Shown here: positions 1 through 8,823 of the stretch, piece by piece | Layout of the letters: the number at the start of each line of letters is the position of its first letter | Numbering within the stretch: the first letter of the stretch is position 1 | Assembly: GCA_038231455.1 (NCBI GenBank) | Contig: JBBRLI010000035.1 | Coordinates: 1-21,917 of the forward strand | Direction: 5' to 3' | Length of the DNA: 21,917 nt | Source: Vulcanimicrobiales bacterium | Lineage (GTDB): Bacteria > Vulcanimicrobiota > Vulcanimicrobiia > Vulcanimicrobiales > Vulcanimicrobiaceae | Program-made: the position numbers and the translations under genes | Notes under the pieces: model-generated | Seen by the model: only the letters and a program-made list of their open reading frames with translations | Told to the model about the DNA's origin: nothing | Databases searched by the model: none

Positions 1-500
1 AGGATATCGTTCAGACGCGGTTGCTGGCGCTCGAGGAACGTTTGATTCGTCACGTTGGCGATTGCCGAGGTGCTCGTGTTGAGCGACCGTCGGGTATTGG
101 TGCTCGTGCGCCCAATGACGCGCAGTGAGTCGAGGTTTGCTTCGGCAAGAGCGATTTTGAGCGACGTGGTCGTGGTCGCCGCAACGCTCACGCCATCGGA
201 TTCCGCCGACTGGAAGCCGCCGGCGTTCGTGACGACGTTGTACACGCCCGGCGGTACGGCGATCGTGAACGATCCGTTGGCGTCGGTTTTCGCGGAATAC
301 GATCCGCTGGGCGATTGCGCGGTGACCGTGGCGCCTGCGATCGCGTTGCCGCTTCCGCTCTTGACCGTTCCGCTGAGTGTTGCTTGGGCTTGCGTGTTCT
401 GCGCGATCGTTTCATGTCCGATCGTCGCCGCTCCGGTGGGTCCGACGATCGTTGTGAAACAAAGCGTCGAACACACGAGCGCGCTAAAGAATTTGCGCAC
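1..500 (-). CDS. TonB-dependent receptor-like outer membrane protein, N-terminal part (signal peptide plus carboxypeptidase-regulatory-like domain); runs off the window edge
   Basis: Manual translation from GTG at 500 with AGGAG upstream: MRKFFSALVCSTLCFTTIVGPTGAA...ATLSGTVKSGSGNAIAGATVTAQSPSGSYSAKTDANGSFTIAVPPGVYNVVTNAGGFQS...LRVIGRTST...NDI. The GTV..G.AIAGATV..TDANGSF..PPG.Y pattern is typical of CarboxypepD_reg domains that precede a TonB plug. Absent from the ORF track because no stop lies in the window. Confidence 0.8.
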   Translation of the reverse strand, partial: MRKFFSALVCSTLCFTTIVGPTGAATIGHETIAQNTQAQATLSGTVKSGSGNAIAGATVTAQSPSGSYSAKTDANGSFTIAVPPGVYNVVTNAGGFQSAESDGVSVAATTTTSLKIALAEANLDSLRVIGRTSTNTRRSLNTSTSAIANVTNQTFLERQQPRLNDI

Positions 501-846
501 GAAAATGCTCCTACGACAGTTAGCCCGGAAACCGAGCCATGCCGAACGTACAAACATTTCGTTAAGACGGACTTATCGAAAGTTTACGGTCATTAAGCCC
601 AGATCAAGTCTGGTAGGCCGCTGGCAGCGACGAACTTGCCAATACAGAATGACAAACGCCAAACGCCTCGTCCTCAAAAACCATACCGACTGGCCGCCCC
701 CAGCGCCTAACGAGTCGGCGCTGGTTGCGGGCGAACATGCCTGCTTCGTTCATTTCGGCCGACTGTGTTGCAGCGGTGGGGCGCACTCACGCTCAAGCCA
801 CGCCCGGCAAATCACGGTTTGTGTGATAGGGCTACGAAAAATGGAT

Positions 847-868
847 ATTGTTCACTATTGTTGACAAT
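847..868. promoter_or_regulatory. Putative operator for the XRE protein (imperfect palindrome over the -35 box)
   Basis: ATTGTTCACTATTGTTGACAAT reads as ATTGT-N12-ACAAT with a nested ATTGT-N2-ACAAT; it covers the TTGACA box. Confidence 0.55.
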
Positions 869-889
869 TACGTTTTTGCGCAGTACACT
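861..889 (+). promoter_or_regulatory. Sigma70-type promoter of the XRE-RelE operon
   Basis: TTGACA (861-866), 17-nt spacer, TACACT (884-889); 30 nt upstream of ATG 920. Confidence 0.75.
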
Positions 890-919
890 GGCACTCTCAC
901 CCTTTCGGAGCACAACGAA

Positions 920-1321
920 ATGACGTCAATTGCTGCCAGCGCCCACGCGCCGGCAAAGGACACGCTTGGCTCAAATGTACTCTTCGAACGGGCCCGACTC
1001 GGAATCTCGCAAGCTCAACTCGCCGAGCGCTCCAACGTCTCCCGGACCTGGATCAGCCGAATCGAGGGAGCCGCAGCCGAATCACCCGGCCTCGACGTCA
1101 TCGAGCGCATCGCAAATGCACTCGGCGTCGCGATCGCTGAGCTGTTCATCGAGCATGGCGCAGACGAAGCAAGTGTGGATGACGCGGAACTCGCTCGTCG
1201 TGCCGCCGCTCCCCCAAGCGAATTCGTCGATGCTCGAGCGCTGCTTGAAGCCGTCGACGAAGCTGCCGGCAGACCGAGTCGCCGATATTCGTCCGCAGGA
1301 CGGCCCCGTTTACCGCGTTGA
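920..1321 (+). CDS. XRE/Cro-C1 HTH regulator, probable antitoxin
   Basis: ATG 920 after GGAG (the track start at 848 lies upstream of the promoter). HTH_3 pattern RARLGISQAQLAERSNVSRTWISRIE...PGLDVIERIANALGV plus an acidic C-terminal extension; overlaps the RelE-like gene. Confidence 0.85.
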   Translation: MTSIAASAHAPAKDTLGSNVLFERARLGISQAQLAERSNVSRTWISRIEGAAAESPGLDVIERIANALGVAIAELFIEHGADEASVDDAELARRAAAPPSEFVDARALLEAVDEAAGRPSRRYSSAGRPRLPR

Positions 1322-1601
1322 TTTCCACGCGCGCGTAGCAAAGACGATACAGCGATACGGTCTCGAGAACGACGACTTCAATCCGACCGTGCTGCAGATG
1401 ATCGAAGATCTCGAGAGCGACCCAAAACGGTTCGCTAAGAAAAGCGGGGATCTCGCAGAAGCGCGATCGTACCGCCTCAGCTACCGGAGCTCCGCTTGGC
1501 GGGCCGTTTTTGTTGTTGACGACGTCGCGCGCGTCGTGAAGATTATCGCCCTCGATCGTCACGACGAAGCGTATCGACAGGCGAGCCGACGAATCGATTA
1601 A
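1308..1601 (+). CDS. RelE/ParE superfamily toxin (start uncertain: GTT 1308, TTG 1245 or ATG 1230)
   Basis: VYRVDFHARVAKTIQ...MIEDLESDPKRFAKKSGDLAEARSYRL...WRAVFVVDDVARVVKIIALDRHDEAY follows the RelE layout; 97 aa from 1308. Confidence 0.8.
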   Translation, partial: VYRVDFHARVAKTIQRYGLENDDFNPTVLQMIEDLESDPKRFAKKSGDLAEARSYRLSYRSSAWRAVFVVDDVARVVKIIALDRHDEAYRQASRRID

Positions 1602-1699
1602 CTAGGTTCGGCCGCGTCGTCAAGCGGTTCGAGGCCATCCTCGACCAGTAGTTGAGAAACACTGCGCACGAAAAGAGTCTGCAGCGAACAGTCCTTGCC

Positions 1700-2231
1700 G
1701 ACAGCGTATTACGGAACTTTCTTAGTAAGTTTGTTGCACCCGATTTTTTAAGCAAGGTCGGTAAGCTTATCGTAAATTTGCTTTGCAGACCGCAATGTTT
1801 TCGTGCAAGCTCGTAAATTCGACGCTCAAGCCTTTCTTGAGGCGAAAATAATCGCTTGATAGCGTAAGCACTTCCGCAGCGACGATCGCGTTAAAGAGCC
1901 ATTCCGATAACGTCAGCTCGATCGCCGCCATACGTTTGCTGGTAGTTCGCTGGGCGATGGAACAGGATTCCACCAAACCGAATCCTTTTCGCGTACGCTT
2001 GTTTCCGGTCGTGATCCCGGTTTTTAGCCTAGTGCCCGCGAGGCGCTCGAACGCTTTTTCGAGAGCCTCGTATTCAGGGCCGCTGACTCCGCGATTGCAG
2101 TAAACGAGCAGGTTGTGCGCCTGAAATCGCAACGTGCGGCTGATTGGGAGACCACGATTCTGCGCGTCTACGAGAGACGAGATTGCGAATAGCAGAATAT
2201 CTTTGTCCCAGATCGTGGCCGCGCCAGTCTC
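1700..2231 (-). pseudogene. repA: Truncated, frameshifted plasmid replication initiator protein A (RPA family) fragment
   Basis: Frame 1: GAATIWDKDILLFAISSLVDAQNRGLPISRTLRFQAHNLLVYCNRG...FERLAGTRLKT...GFGLVES...IELTLSEWLFNAI...VLTLSSDYFRLKK. After a 1-nt frameshift near 1831 it continues LERRIYELARKHCGLQSKFTISLPTLLKKSG...RKFR. No start codon for the N-terminal part; the 3' boundary is approximate. Confidence 0.85.
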
Positions 2232-2678
2232 CTAGAGAAACGGTACGAGTGCCGCGCGCTGTGCGTCGCTCCACGGAACGCCCCGCTCGCCGTCGCTGCC
2301 GACGGCGGCAACCTGACCGATGGAGCGCAAATCCGGCGCATTCCCGGCACCGGTAATCGCGTGTTCGAGCACCATACTCGTGCGTCCGAGTGAGGCGAGG
2401 CGCGTCCACACCTTGAGCGGCTCGTCGTAATAGAGCGGCCGCAGAAACTGCATGTTGATTTCGACGGCGAGATGCATGAAGTGCATCGGGCCGTGTTTCT
2501 CGGGATCGTGCGCTGCCTCGAGAAAACTCGCGCGCGCAAATTCGAAATAGATCGGGTAGCTGACATTGCTCACGTGCAGATACGCGTCGGTCTCGCAAAA
2601 TCGCGGACGAAAGTCGACTGCGTGCGTAAACGAACGCAGCCACTCCGTCTCACCGCCCTTGGGAAAGAGCGTCAGCAC
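2232..2678 (-). CDS. Acyl-CoA thioesterase, hotdog fold (YbgC/FadM-like)
   Basis: RFCETDAYLHVSNVSYPIYFEFAR motif; LRPLYYDE; LGRTS. Confidence 0.88.
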   Translation of the reverse strand: MLTLFPKGGETEWLRSFTHAVDFRPRFCETDAYLHVSNVSYPIYFEFARASFLEAAHDPEKHGPMHFMHLAVEINMQFLRPLYYDEPLKVWTRLASLGRTSMVLEHAITGAGNAPDLRSIGQVAAVGSDGERGVPWSDAQRAALVPFL

Positions 2679-2683
2679 CGCGC

Positions 2684-3037
2684 TTAGCGGAGCTGAATGG
2701 TCGGCGTTACGCCTTTGCCGGCAAAGGCTTCTTCAAGAACCGTCTTGAGTTCGCCATTCTCGGCCATCGGTTCGAGGATGTCGGTGTCGCCGTAGAATTT
2801 GCCGTTGATGAACACTTTGGGAAGCGTCGGCCAATCGGTCATATCCGCGAGTGCTTGCCGTTTGTTCATGTCTTCTAACACGTCGACGACTTCGAACGGG
2901 TAGCCGAAGCTGTTGAAGAACTGAATCGTCTCGGCCGTGAAGCCGCAGCGCGGCGCGTCTTTGGTGCCTTTGCCGTACACGAGAATGGTGTTGGCGGCGA
3001 CTTCGTTTTCGATGAGTGATTTGAGCGCGTCGGACAT
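2684..3037 (-). CDS. grxD: Monothiol glutaredoxin (Grx4/GrxD-like)
   Basis: KGTKDAPRCGFT, WPTLPKVFING; adjacent to bolA. Confidence 0.9.
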   Translation of the reverse strand: MSDALKSLIENEVAANTILVYGKGTKDAPRCGFTAETIQFFNSFGYPFEVVDVLEDMNKRQALADMTDWPTLPKVFINGKFYGDTDILEPMAENGELKTVLEEAFAGKGVTPTIQLR

Positions 3038-3041
3038 GCAG

Positions 3042-3275
3042 TTACTCCAAGATGGCGGTTTTGATTTCGAGGGCGTGAATGCGGCCGTCGTTCCGGGCGG
3101 CCTTGAGGGCGCCCTCGACCATGCGATGGCGGTCCATCAGCGATTTGCCGACGAATGCCTTCGAAGCTACAGACACGTTGAAGTGATCCATGGTGCCATT
3201 CCGGTCCACGATCATGATTTGGGCATCGGGCATGGTCTCGCGGATCATTGCGACCATGGTGGTTTCGTCGATCAA
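3042..3275 (-). CDS. bolA: BolA/IbaG family protein
   Basis: DHFNVSVASKAFVGKSLMDRHRMV...IHALEIKT. Confidence 0.92.
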   Translation of the reverse strand: MIDETTMVAMIRETMPDAQIMIVDRNGTMDHFNVSVASKAFVGKSLMDRHRMVEGALKAARNDGRIHALEIKTAILE

Positions 3276-3284
3276 GGTGGTTCC

Positions 3285-3521
3285 TTAGGACTGGAGAGGG
3301 ATCGAGCTCCGGCGCACCGTCTCGATCACGCCTTTGGTTTCGCGCAGCGTCTCGGGTAAGTTCGGGGCCGCGCGCTCGAGAATCTTCACAGCGCCGGCTG
3401 CGAGGATAACGCCTGCAACCCCGAAGAGGATCGCAGGGATGCCGTCGAGCCGGAATTCCTTCCCGATGCGCACCCGCGAGGCGCGCATGATTTTGGGCGG
3501 AAGCGCGAGGAAATTCTTCAT
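3285..3521 (-). CDS. Small hypothetical membrane protein (78 aa), first gene of the bolA-grx operon
   Basis: MKNFLALPPK...GIPAILFGVAGVILAAGAVKIL gives one hydrophobic helix; stop lies 9 nt before bolA. Start trimmed to ATG 3521 to avoid overlapping the divergent gene. Confidence 0.65.
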   Translation of the reverse strand: MKNFLALPPKIMRASRVRIGKEFRLDGIPAILFGVAGVILAAGAVKILERAAPNLPETLRETKGVIETVRRSSIPLQS

Positions 3522-3565
3522 CGTGAAAGAGCGGGTGCGCTCCGTTCGGCGGATAATCCTCGCGC

Positions 3566-5176
3566 ATGGCTGATTCCGCGTTTCGGTGGGACGTCCCATC
3601 GTCGTTCAATTTTGCTCGCGACGTGATCGATGCGCTCGCGGTCGAAGATCGACTCGGACTTGTTTTCGTGGACACGGCGGGTGCGAAAACCGAGTATACG
3701 TTCGGTCAGATCGCCGCCGCCTCGCAGCGCTGGGCCGCCGTTCTGCGCGATGCCGGTGTCAAGAAGGGTGACCGCGTCATCATCGTGCTCCCCAAAGTGC
3801 CCGACTGGCTCTTCGCCATGACGGCGCTGCTGCGGATCGGCGCGGTCGCCGTTCCGGGTGCCGAGCAATTGCGGGCGAAAGACATGGCCTTTCGCGCAAA
3901 TCACAGCGGCGCAACGACGGTCATCGCCCATCGGATGAATGTCGAAGAAGTCGAGACGATGCGCGCCGATTCGCCGACGATCGAGCGCTGGCTCGTCAGC
4001 GGCGGAACGTTTGCGGGCTGGCTTGCCGTGGACGAACTCGTTGCCGCTGCAACGCCGTGGACCGGCGAGCAGACCGTGGCGTCGGATACGGCCTACATCG
4101 TGTATACGAGCGGGACCACAAAAGATCCCAAAGGCGTCGTACACAACGTCGCCTACACGTTTGCAAAACGCATGCAAGCCGCGTACTGGCTAGATGTAAA
4201 ACCGGACGATTTGGTCTGGTCGACGGCGGGGACGGGCTGGGCGAAGTCGCTTTGGAACGTCCTGCTGGGGCCGTGGTCGTGCGGCGCGGCGATCGTCTTA
4301 CATGAAGGCGGCTTTAAGCCCGAAGAACGCATGGATATGATTCGCGACCTCGGTGTGAGCGTGCTCTGCCAAGCGCCGACCGAATATCGTTTGCTTGCAA
4401 AATTGCCGGAACTCGGCAAGCGCTGGCGACTGCCGCTCTTGCGACACTGCGTCTCGGCGGGTGAACCGCTCAATCCCGAAGTGCTGCTGCTTTGGAAAGA
4501 CGCGTTCGATTTAACGATTCTCGACGGCTACGGACAAACCGAGAACTCACTGCTCGTCGCAAACGCCCCCGGGATGGACGTGCGGCCGGGGTCGATGGGC
4601 AAACCGACGCCAGGTCACGACATCGCCGTTGTCGATGCCGACGGCAATGTTTGCGAGCCGGGCGAAGTTGGCGATATCGGATTGCGCGGCAAACCGCCGA
4701 CGCTCTTTGCCGGCTACTATAAAAACGACGAAGAAACGCGCAATTCGCACCGCGGCCCGTGGTATCTCACCGGCGATCGCGCGCAGGTGGATGACGATGG
4801 TTATTTTTGGTTTGTCGGTCGCGCCGATGACGTTATCTCATCAGGTGCGTATCGCATCGGACCATTCGAAGTGGAGAGCGCGCTGCTGGAGCATCCGGCC
4901 GTTGCGGAATCCGCCGTTGTCGGATCACCCGATCCCGACCGCGGAAATATCGTGAAAGCGTTCGTCGTGCTGCGGCCGGGATTCGAACCCTCAGCTGCGC
5001 TTACCAAAGAGTTGCAAGACCACTGCAAGACGGTAACCGCCCCGTATAAATATCCCCGCGAAATCGAATATATCGCCGAGCTTCCGAAGACGCGGTCGGG
5101 GAAAATCCGGCGGGTCGAATTACGCCAAGCCGAACTTAAGAAGAAGGGCGCGACCGCTGCCAGCGGCTTTGTTTAG
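3566..5176 (+). CDS. Acyl-CoA synthetase (AMP-forming, medium-chain ACSM-like)
   Basis: YTSGTTKDPKG, SAGEPLNPE, DGYGQTE, TGDRA, GRADDVI, PKTRSGKI. Confidence 0.95.
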   Translation: MADSAFRWDVPSSFNFARDVIDALAVEDRLGLVFVDTAGAKTEYTFGQIAAASQRWAAVLRDAGVKKGDRVIIVLPKVPDWLFAMTALLRIGAVAVPGAEQLRAKDMAFRANHSGATTVIAHRMNVEEVETMRADSPTIERWLVSGGTFAGWLAVDELVAAATPWTGEQTVASDTAYIVYTSGTTKDPKGVVHNVAYTFAKRMQAAYWLDVKPDDLVWSTAGTGWAKSLWNVLLGPWSCGAAIVLHEGGFKPEERMDMIRDLGVSVLCQAPTEYRLLAKLPELGKRWRLPLLRHCVSAGEPLNPEVLLLWKDAFDLTILDGYGQTENSLLVANAPGMDVRPGSMGKPTPGHDIAVVDADGNVCEPGEVGDIGLRGKPPTLFAGYYKNDEETRNSHRGPWYLTGDRAQVDDDGYFWFVGRADDVISSGAYRIGPFEVESALLEHPAVAESAVVGSPDPDRGNIVKAFVVLRPGFEPSAALTKELQDHCKTVTAPYKYPREIEYIAELPKTRSGKIRRVELRQAELKKKGATAASGFV

Positions 5177-5945
5177 TGGGCTAACGGTCCTCGCGTTTGT
5201 CGCGTGCGCGATTCTCGGCGCTCGATATCTTGCACGGCCTCTCTTCCTGAAGACCCTTTACGTCATGGTTGCGATCGATGTTACTGCAGTTGCAGTATTG
5301 ACTTTTTTTCCGCGCGTTCCGAGCTGGCTCGGTCGTGCGGAACTTTTGGGAATTTGGCTGACGCTTCTCTTCTCGCTGTTTTGCGAACTTCGGAACCATC
5401 GCGCATGGACGCGCGATGCAAACCATGCGCCACTCGAACTCGCACCGCCGTTCATAGGAACGTGGCGCGTCGCTGCGGGTGGTGCGTGGCGGGCACGCAA
5501 TCATCATCAGATCGCCTCCGACCAGCGGTTTGCCTACGATTTTATTCGCACGGAGGGTGACTCGTTTGGATCGACGATCCTCGCGCCGATCGCGGGTCGC
5601 GTCGTTTCGCTGAACAACGATGCGCCGGATCATGCACCGTCCGGTCGCGTGATCGAAGATCCGCAGCCGTTCGGCAATTACGTCGCCATTGCGAGGGCAG
5701 GCGCGACGGTTTTTCTCGTGCATTTACGATCCGGCAGCGTCTGCGTTCGTGTCGGCGATGAAATTGAGGAAGGCACGCCGATCGGCGAATGCGGAAACAG
5801 CGGTCGCACGAGCGGACCGCATCTCCACATCCACGCTCAAGACCAGATGGAGCCGGCGCCGTTTGCGGCCACCGGTATCCCGATCGCGTTTCGCTCGGCA
5901 AACCGAGCGTCGATCGCCGCATACGGTGATCGCCTCACCGGCTGA
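5169..5945 (+). CDS. M23 family metallopeptidase with N-terminal transmembrane helices
   Basis: NHH...QRFAYDF, FGNYV, VHLRSGS, CGNSGRTSGPHLHIH; hydrophobic N-terminus. Confidence 0.85.
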   Translation: MFSGLTVLAFVACAILGARYLARPLFLKTLYVMVAIDVTAVAVLTFFPRVPSWLGRAELLGIWLTLLFSLFCELRNHRAWTRDANHAPLELAPPFIGTWRVAAGGAWRARNHHQIASDQRFAYDFIRTEGDSFGSTILAPIAGRVVSLNNDAPDHAPSGRVIEDPQPFGNYVAIARAGATVFLVHLRSGSVCVRVGDEIEEGTPIGECGNSGRTSGPHLHIHAQDQMEPAPFAATGIPIAFRSANRASIAAYGDRLTG

Positions 5946-6070
5946 GGTCTTCGTAGACGACCGTGGTTCGGCTTGGTTGCTCCAGCCCATATCGCGACGC
6001 TTGAGATCATCAATAAAATGGAAGCGCCGATGGGAAACAACGGTACTGTTCTCTGGGTAAGGGAGTCGCA

Positions 6071-6847
6071 GTGAATACAAGCGAGCCACCCCCGCCGCCG
6101 CGAGGCGAAACCTACATACCGCCGATCGATGCCGTCGATGTCCCTTTTCGCGACACGGCGCCTATCGATCCGGTGCACGATCCGGTCGTCCATGGGACGA
6201 TTGTCGACCCCGCTCCGTCTGCTGTTGCTCCCTCAAAAGCTGCGCGCGTGTTCGGCAATCCGGTTGCCTACGTGTTCCGGCGTTTTGCCGCGAGTTCGAT
6301 CGACCTCGTGCTCGGGTCGTTCGTTATAACGTGGCTGCTCTATGGGATTATCGCAGTCAATCCGCTTACCGGACTGCCGACGAATACCGAAGGCGGCTTC
6401 GATTCAACGCTCGCAATGGGCATCGGCGCGGCGCTCCTGTACGTGTTTCTTGCCGAGGCCATCTTCGGCACGACGCTGGGGAAACTCGCGCTCTCGCTGC
6501 ACGTGTATCCGACGAAAGGCAACTTTGTCGGACTTGCGCGCTCGTTCATTCGCAGTTTGCTGCGCCCGGTCGATCTGCTCGTCGTGGGCGCATTGTTGGC
6601 GCTTGCGCCCGGGCATCGTCGCTTGGGCGATCTCTTCGGCGGTACGATCGTCGCGCGGAGCCCGCTGCGCGCAGCCGCACCGATCGTTGGATGGATTGGC
6701 ATCATTGCCGTTGCGGCGCTGCCGTTTATTTTTGATGGCGGTTTACGATTCTTTATCGTGCTCGCCGCATTTGCACAATTCGTGCCGCATCTCATTAGCG
6801 ATGCAATCGCGGGTCTTGGCGGACTGCTCGCAAGCCCGCACGCCTAA
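6071..6847 (+). CDS. RDD family membrane protein
   Basis: RRFAASSIDL, GTTLGKLALSLHV, RSLLRPVD, RRLGDLFGGTIV; GGGAG precedes the GTG start. Confidence 0.88.
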   Translation: MNTSEPPPPPRGETYIPPIDAVDVPFRDTAPIDPVHDPVVHGTIVDPAPSAVAPSKAARVFGNPVAYVFRRFAASSIDLVLGSFVITWLLYGIIAVNPLTGLPTNTEGGFDSTLAMGIGAALLYVFLAEAIFGTTLGKLALSLHVYPTKGNFVGLARSFIRSLLRPVDLLVVGALLALAPGHRRLGDLFGGTIVARSPLRAAAPIVGWIGIIAVAALPFIFDGGLRFFIVLAAFAQFVPHLISDAIAGLGGLLASPHA

Positions 6848-6883
6848 GCCACAGGAAAGAGCGCGGCTGCGCCTGCACATCCG

Positions 6884-7894
6884 ATGATGCGCGCCGTCCG
6901 TCTGGTAACCACAACTGGCCCCGCCGATCTGCGGGTCGAACGTGTCCCCGATCCGACACCCAACGCGGGCGAGGTGTTGATCCAACTCACGCACGCCGCG
7001 CTCAATCGGCGCGATGTGTTCATCACCAAAGGCATGTATCCGGGGATCAAACTGCCGAGCATTCTTGGGGCAGACGGTGTCGGTCGCCTCGCCGCACTCG
7101 GCGCCGATGTTGTCGGACTGGACCTCGGGACGCGCGTCGTGATCGATCCGATGCTCGGCTGGGGACCGGACGAACGCGTTTGGCTGACGGGCGCAAACGT
7201 TTTAGGCATGCCTGCCGATGGAACGTTTGCGGAATTCGTCGTCGTGCCGGCGATCAACGTGCATCAGGCTCCCGCGAACCTATCGGACGCGGAAGCCGCG
7301 GCGATTCCACTTGCCGGAACGACAGCGTATCGCGCGGTTGTGACGCGCGGCGCGTGCACGCGCGACGATGTCGTCTTCATCCCGGGAGTCGGCAGCGGCG
7401 TCCAGACCTTTGCGCTCACGATTGCGCATCATCTCGGCGCGCGCACGATCGTGACGTCATCGAGTGATGAGAAGCTCGAGCGCGCGCGAGCACTGGGTGC
7501 CGACGTTGCCATCAACTACAAGACCGCAGTATCGTGGCAAAAAGACGTGCGGGCGGCAAGTGACGGCGGCCCCTCACTTGTGATCGATAGCGTCGGTGGT
7601 GCCACACTTGCAGCATGTTTGGATATTGCGCGTTACGCCGCGCGCGTCGTGACGTACGGCGGAACGAACGGCGATGCAACGGTCCGACCCTACTCGATCT
7701 TTTGGAAACAGCTCGACGTCTTGGGCTCCTCGATGGGCAGCCCGCGTGACTTTCGCGAGATGCTCGCACTCTATGCAAGCGGACTGAAACCCGCAATCGA
7801 TACGGTCGTTCCGCTCGAAGACATCGCGCACGCGGCGCTGCGCGTCGAGGCGGGCACCCAGTTCGGCAAAGTGGTGCTCGCGATCGCTCCTTAG
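6884..7894 (+). CDS. MDR-family NAD(P)H-dependent quinone oxidoreductase/alcohol dehydrogenase-like protein
   Basis: AALNRRD, ILGADGVG, GVGSGV nucleotide-binding loop, GSSMGS, FGKVVL; lacks the catalytic Zn Cys/GHE motif. Confidence 0.9.
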   Translation: MMRAVRLVTTTGPADLRVERVPDPTPNAGEVLIQLTHAALNRRDVFITKGMYPGIKLPSILGADGVGRLAALGADVVGLDLGTRVVIDPMLGWGPDERVWLTGANVLGMPADGTFAEFVVVPAINVHQAPANLSDAEAAAIPLAGTTAYRAVVTRGACTRDDVVFIPGVGSGVQTFALTIAHHLGARTIVTSSSDEKLERARALGADVAINYKTAVSWQKDVRAASDGGPSLVIDSVGGATLAACLDIARYAARVVTYGGTNGDATVRPYSIFWKQLDVLGSSMGSPRDFREMLALYASGLKPAIDTVVPLEDIAHAALRVEAGTQFGKVVLAIAP

Positions 7895-8823
7895 CCGACC
7901 AGCGAATATTCGACGATCGTCGCCGGTGCGTCGCTGAGTCCCAGCTCCGCGCGCAAGAGCGGAATCTCGCCGGGTTCTGCGAGCGTTGCAAGGTTGGGCT
8001 CGAGGATCGCGCGCTCCCGCGGCTTTGGTTCGCGTGCGAGCGCAACGCCCTGCACCCGCCCTTCGCTCTCGAGCGCTTCCAGGTAGGCCATCACCTGGCG
8101 CGCGGCTGCCGGCCATAAGTGATCGCCTACCGCTGCGTAAATCGTTGCGACCAGCGCTGGGATCGTCGCGGGTCCCGCCGCGAGGACGGCGAGTATCTCG
8201 CGTTCGCGCTTTGCGCGGTGTTCGATGTACTCATCGATCTTCGCGCGTGGATCGTCGATTTGTTCGCCGTGCCCGCCATAGATGACACGTGCGTCGCCAT
8301 ATGTTTGGCGAAGACGCTGCAGTGTTTGTTGGTACGGTCGCATCGCGCCATGCGGAGGAGCGATCACGACGGTTCCCGATCCGATGATCACATCGCCCGT
8401 GAAGAGCGCGCCTTCTTCCGCGAGGACGTACACCAGATGATCGAAGGTATGCCCGGGTGCATCGAACGTGCGCAGCACGATCTCGCCGATGGAAATGTCG
8501 CGATCGCCGAGGAGGTCTTGCGTATGGGAAAACGCTGCACTAGCGTGTGCGTACACCGGCGCACCGGTGCGCGCGGCGAGCGGCGCGGCGCCGGGATAGT
8601 GATCGGGATGTCCGTGCGTGATGAAAATCGCGGCGATCGTTCCGCCGAGGTCGGCGGCTCCGGCAACGAGCGCCTCGCAGTGCGATTCCGTTACCGGGCC
8701 GGGATCGATTGCAACGATCGTTCCGCCACCGCCGTCAATGAGATACGAATTCGTTCCATCGAGGGTCATCGGTGATGGATTCGGCGCACGCACGCGCGCC
8801 ACGCGCGGGCTGAGCCTTACCAT
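7891..8823 (-). CDS. MBL-fold metallo-hydrolase (LACTB2-like)
   Basis: APNPSPMTLDGTNSY, IDPGP, THGHPDH, PGHTFDH, FTGD, GGHG. Confidence 0.92.
   Translation of the reverse strand: MVRLSPRVARVRAPNPSPMTLDGTNSYLIDGGGGTIVAIDPGPVTESHCEALVAGAADLGGTIAAIFITHGHPDHYPGAAPLAARTGAPVYAHASAAFSHTQDLLGDRDISIGEIVLRTFDAPGHTFDHLVYVLAEEGALFTGDVIIGSGTVVIAPPHGAMRPYQQTLQRLRQTYGDARVIYGGHGEQIDDPRAKIDEYIEHRAKREREILAVLAAGPATIPALVATIYAAVGDHLWPAAARQVMAYLEALESEGRVQGVALAREPKPRERAILEPNLATLAEPGEIPLLRAELGLSDAPATIVEYSLVG

Noticed and set aside
501-846. Possible riboswitch (cobalamin or TPP) upstream of the TonB receptor
   Set aside because: No consensus motifs found on the minus strand; only an isolated CCAGCGCC/GGCGCTGG hairpin near 700-724.
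55-864. 269-aa + strand ORF in the track
   Set aside because: Antisense shadow of the TonB receptor gene; no family motifs.
930-1229. N-terminal extension of the 223-aa ORF
   Set aside because: Overlaps the XRE gene in another frame and is Ser/Pro-rich; only the C-terminal part looks like RelE.
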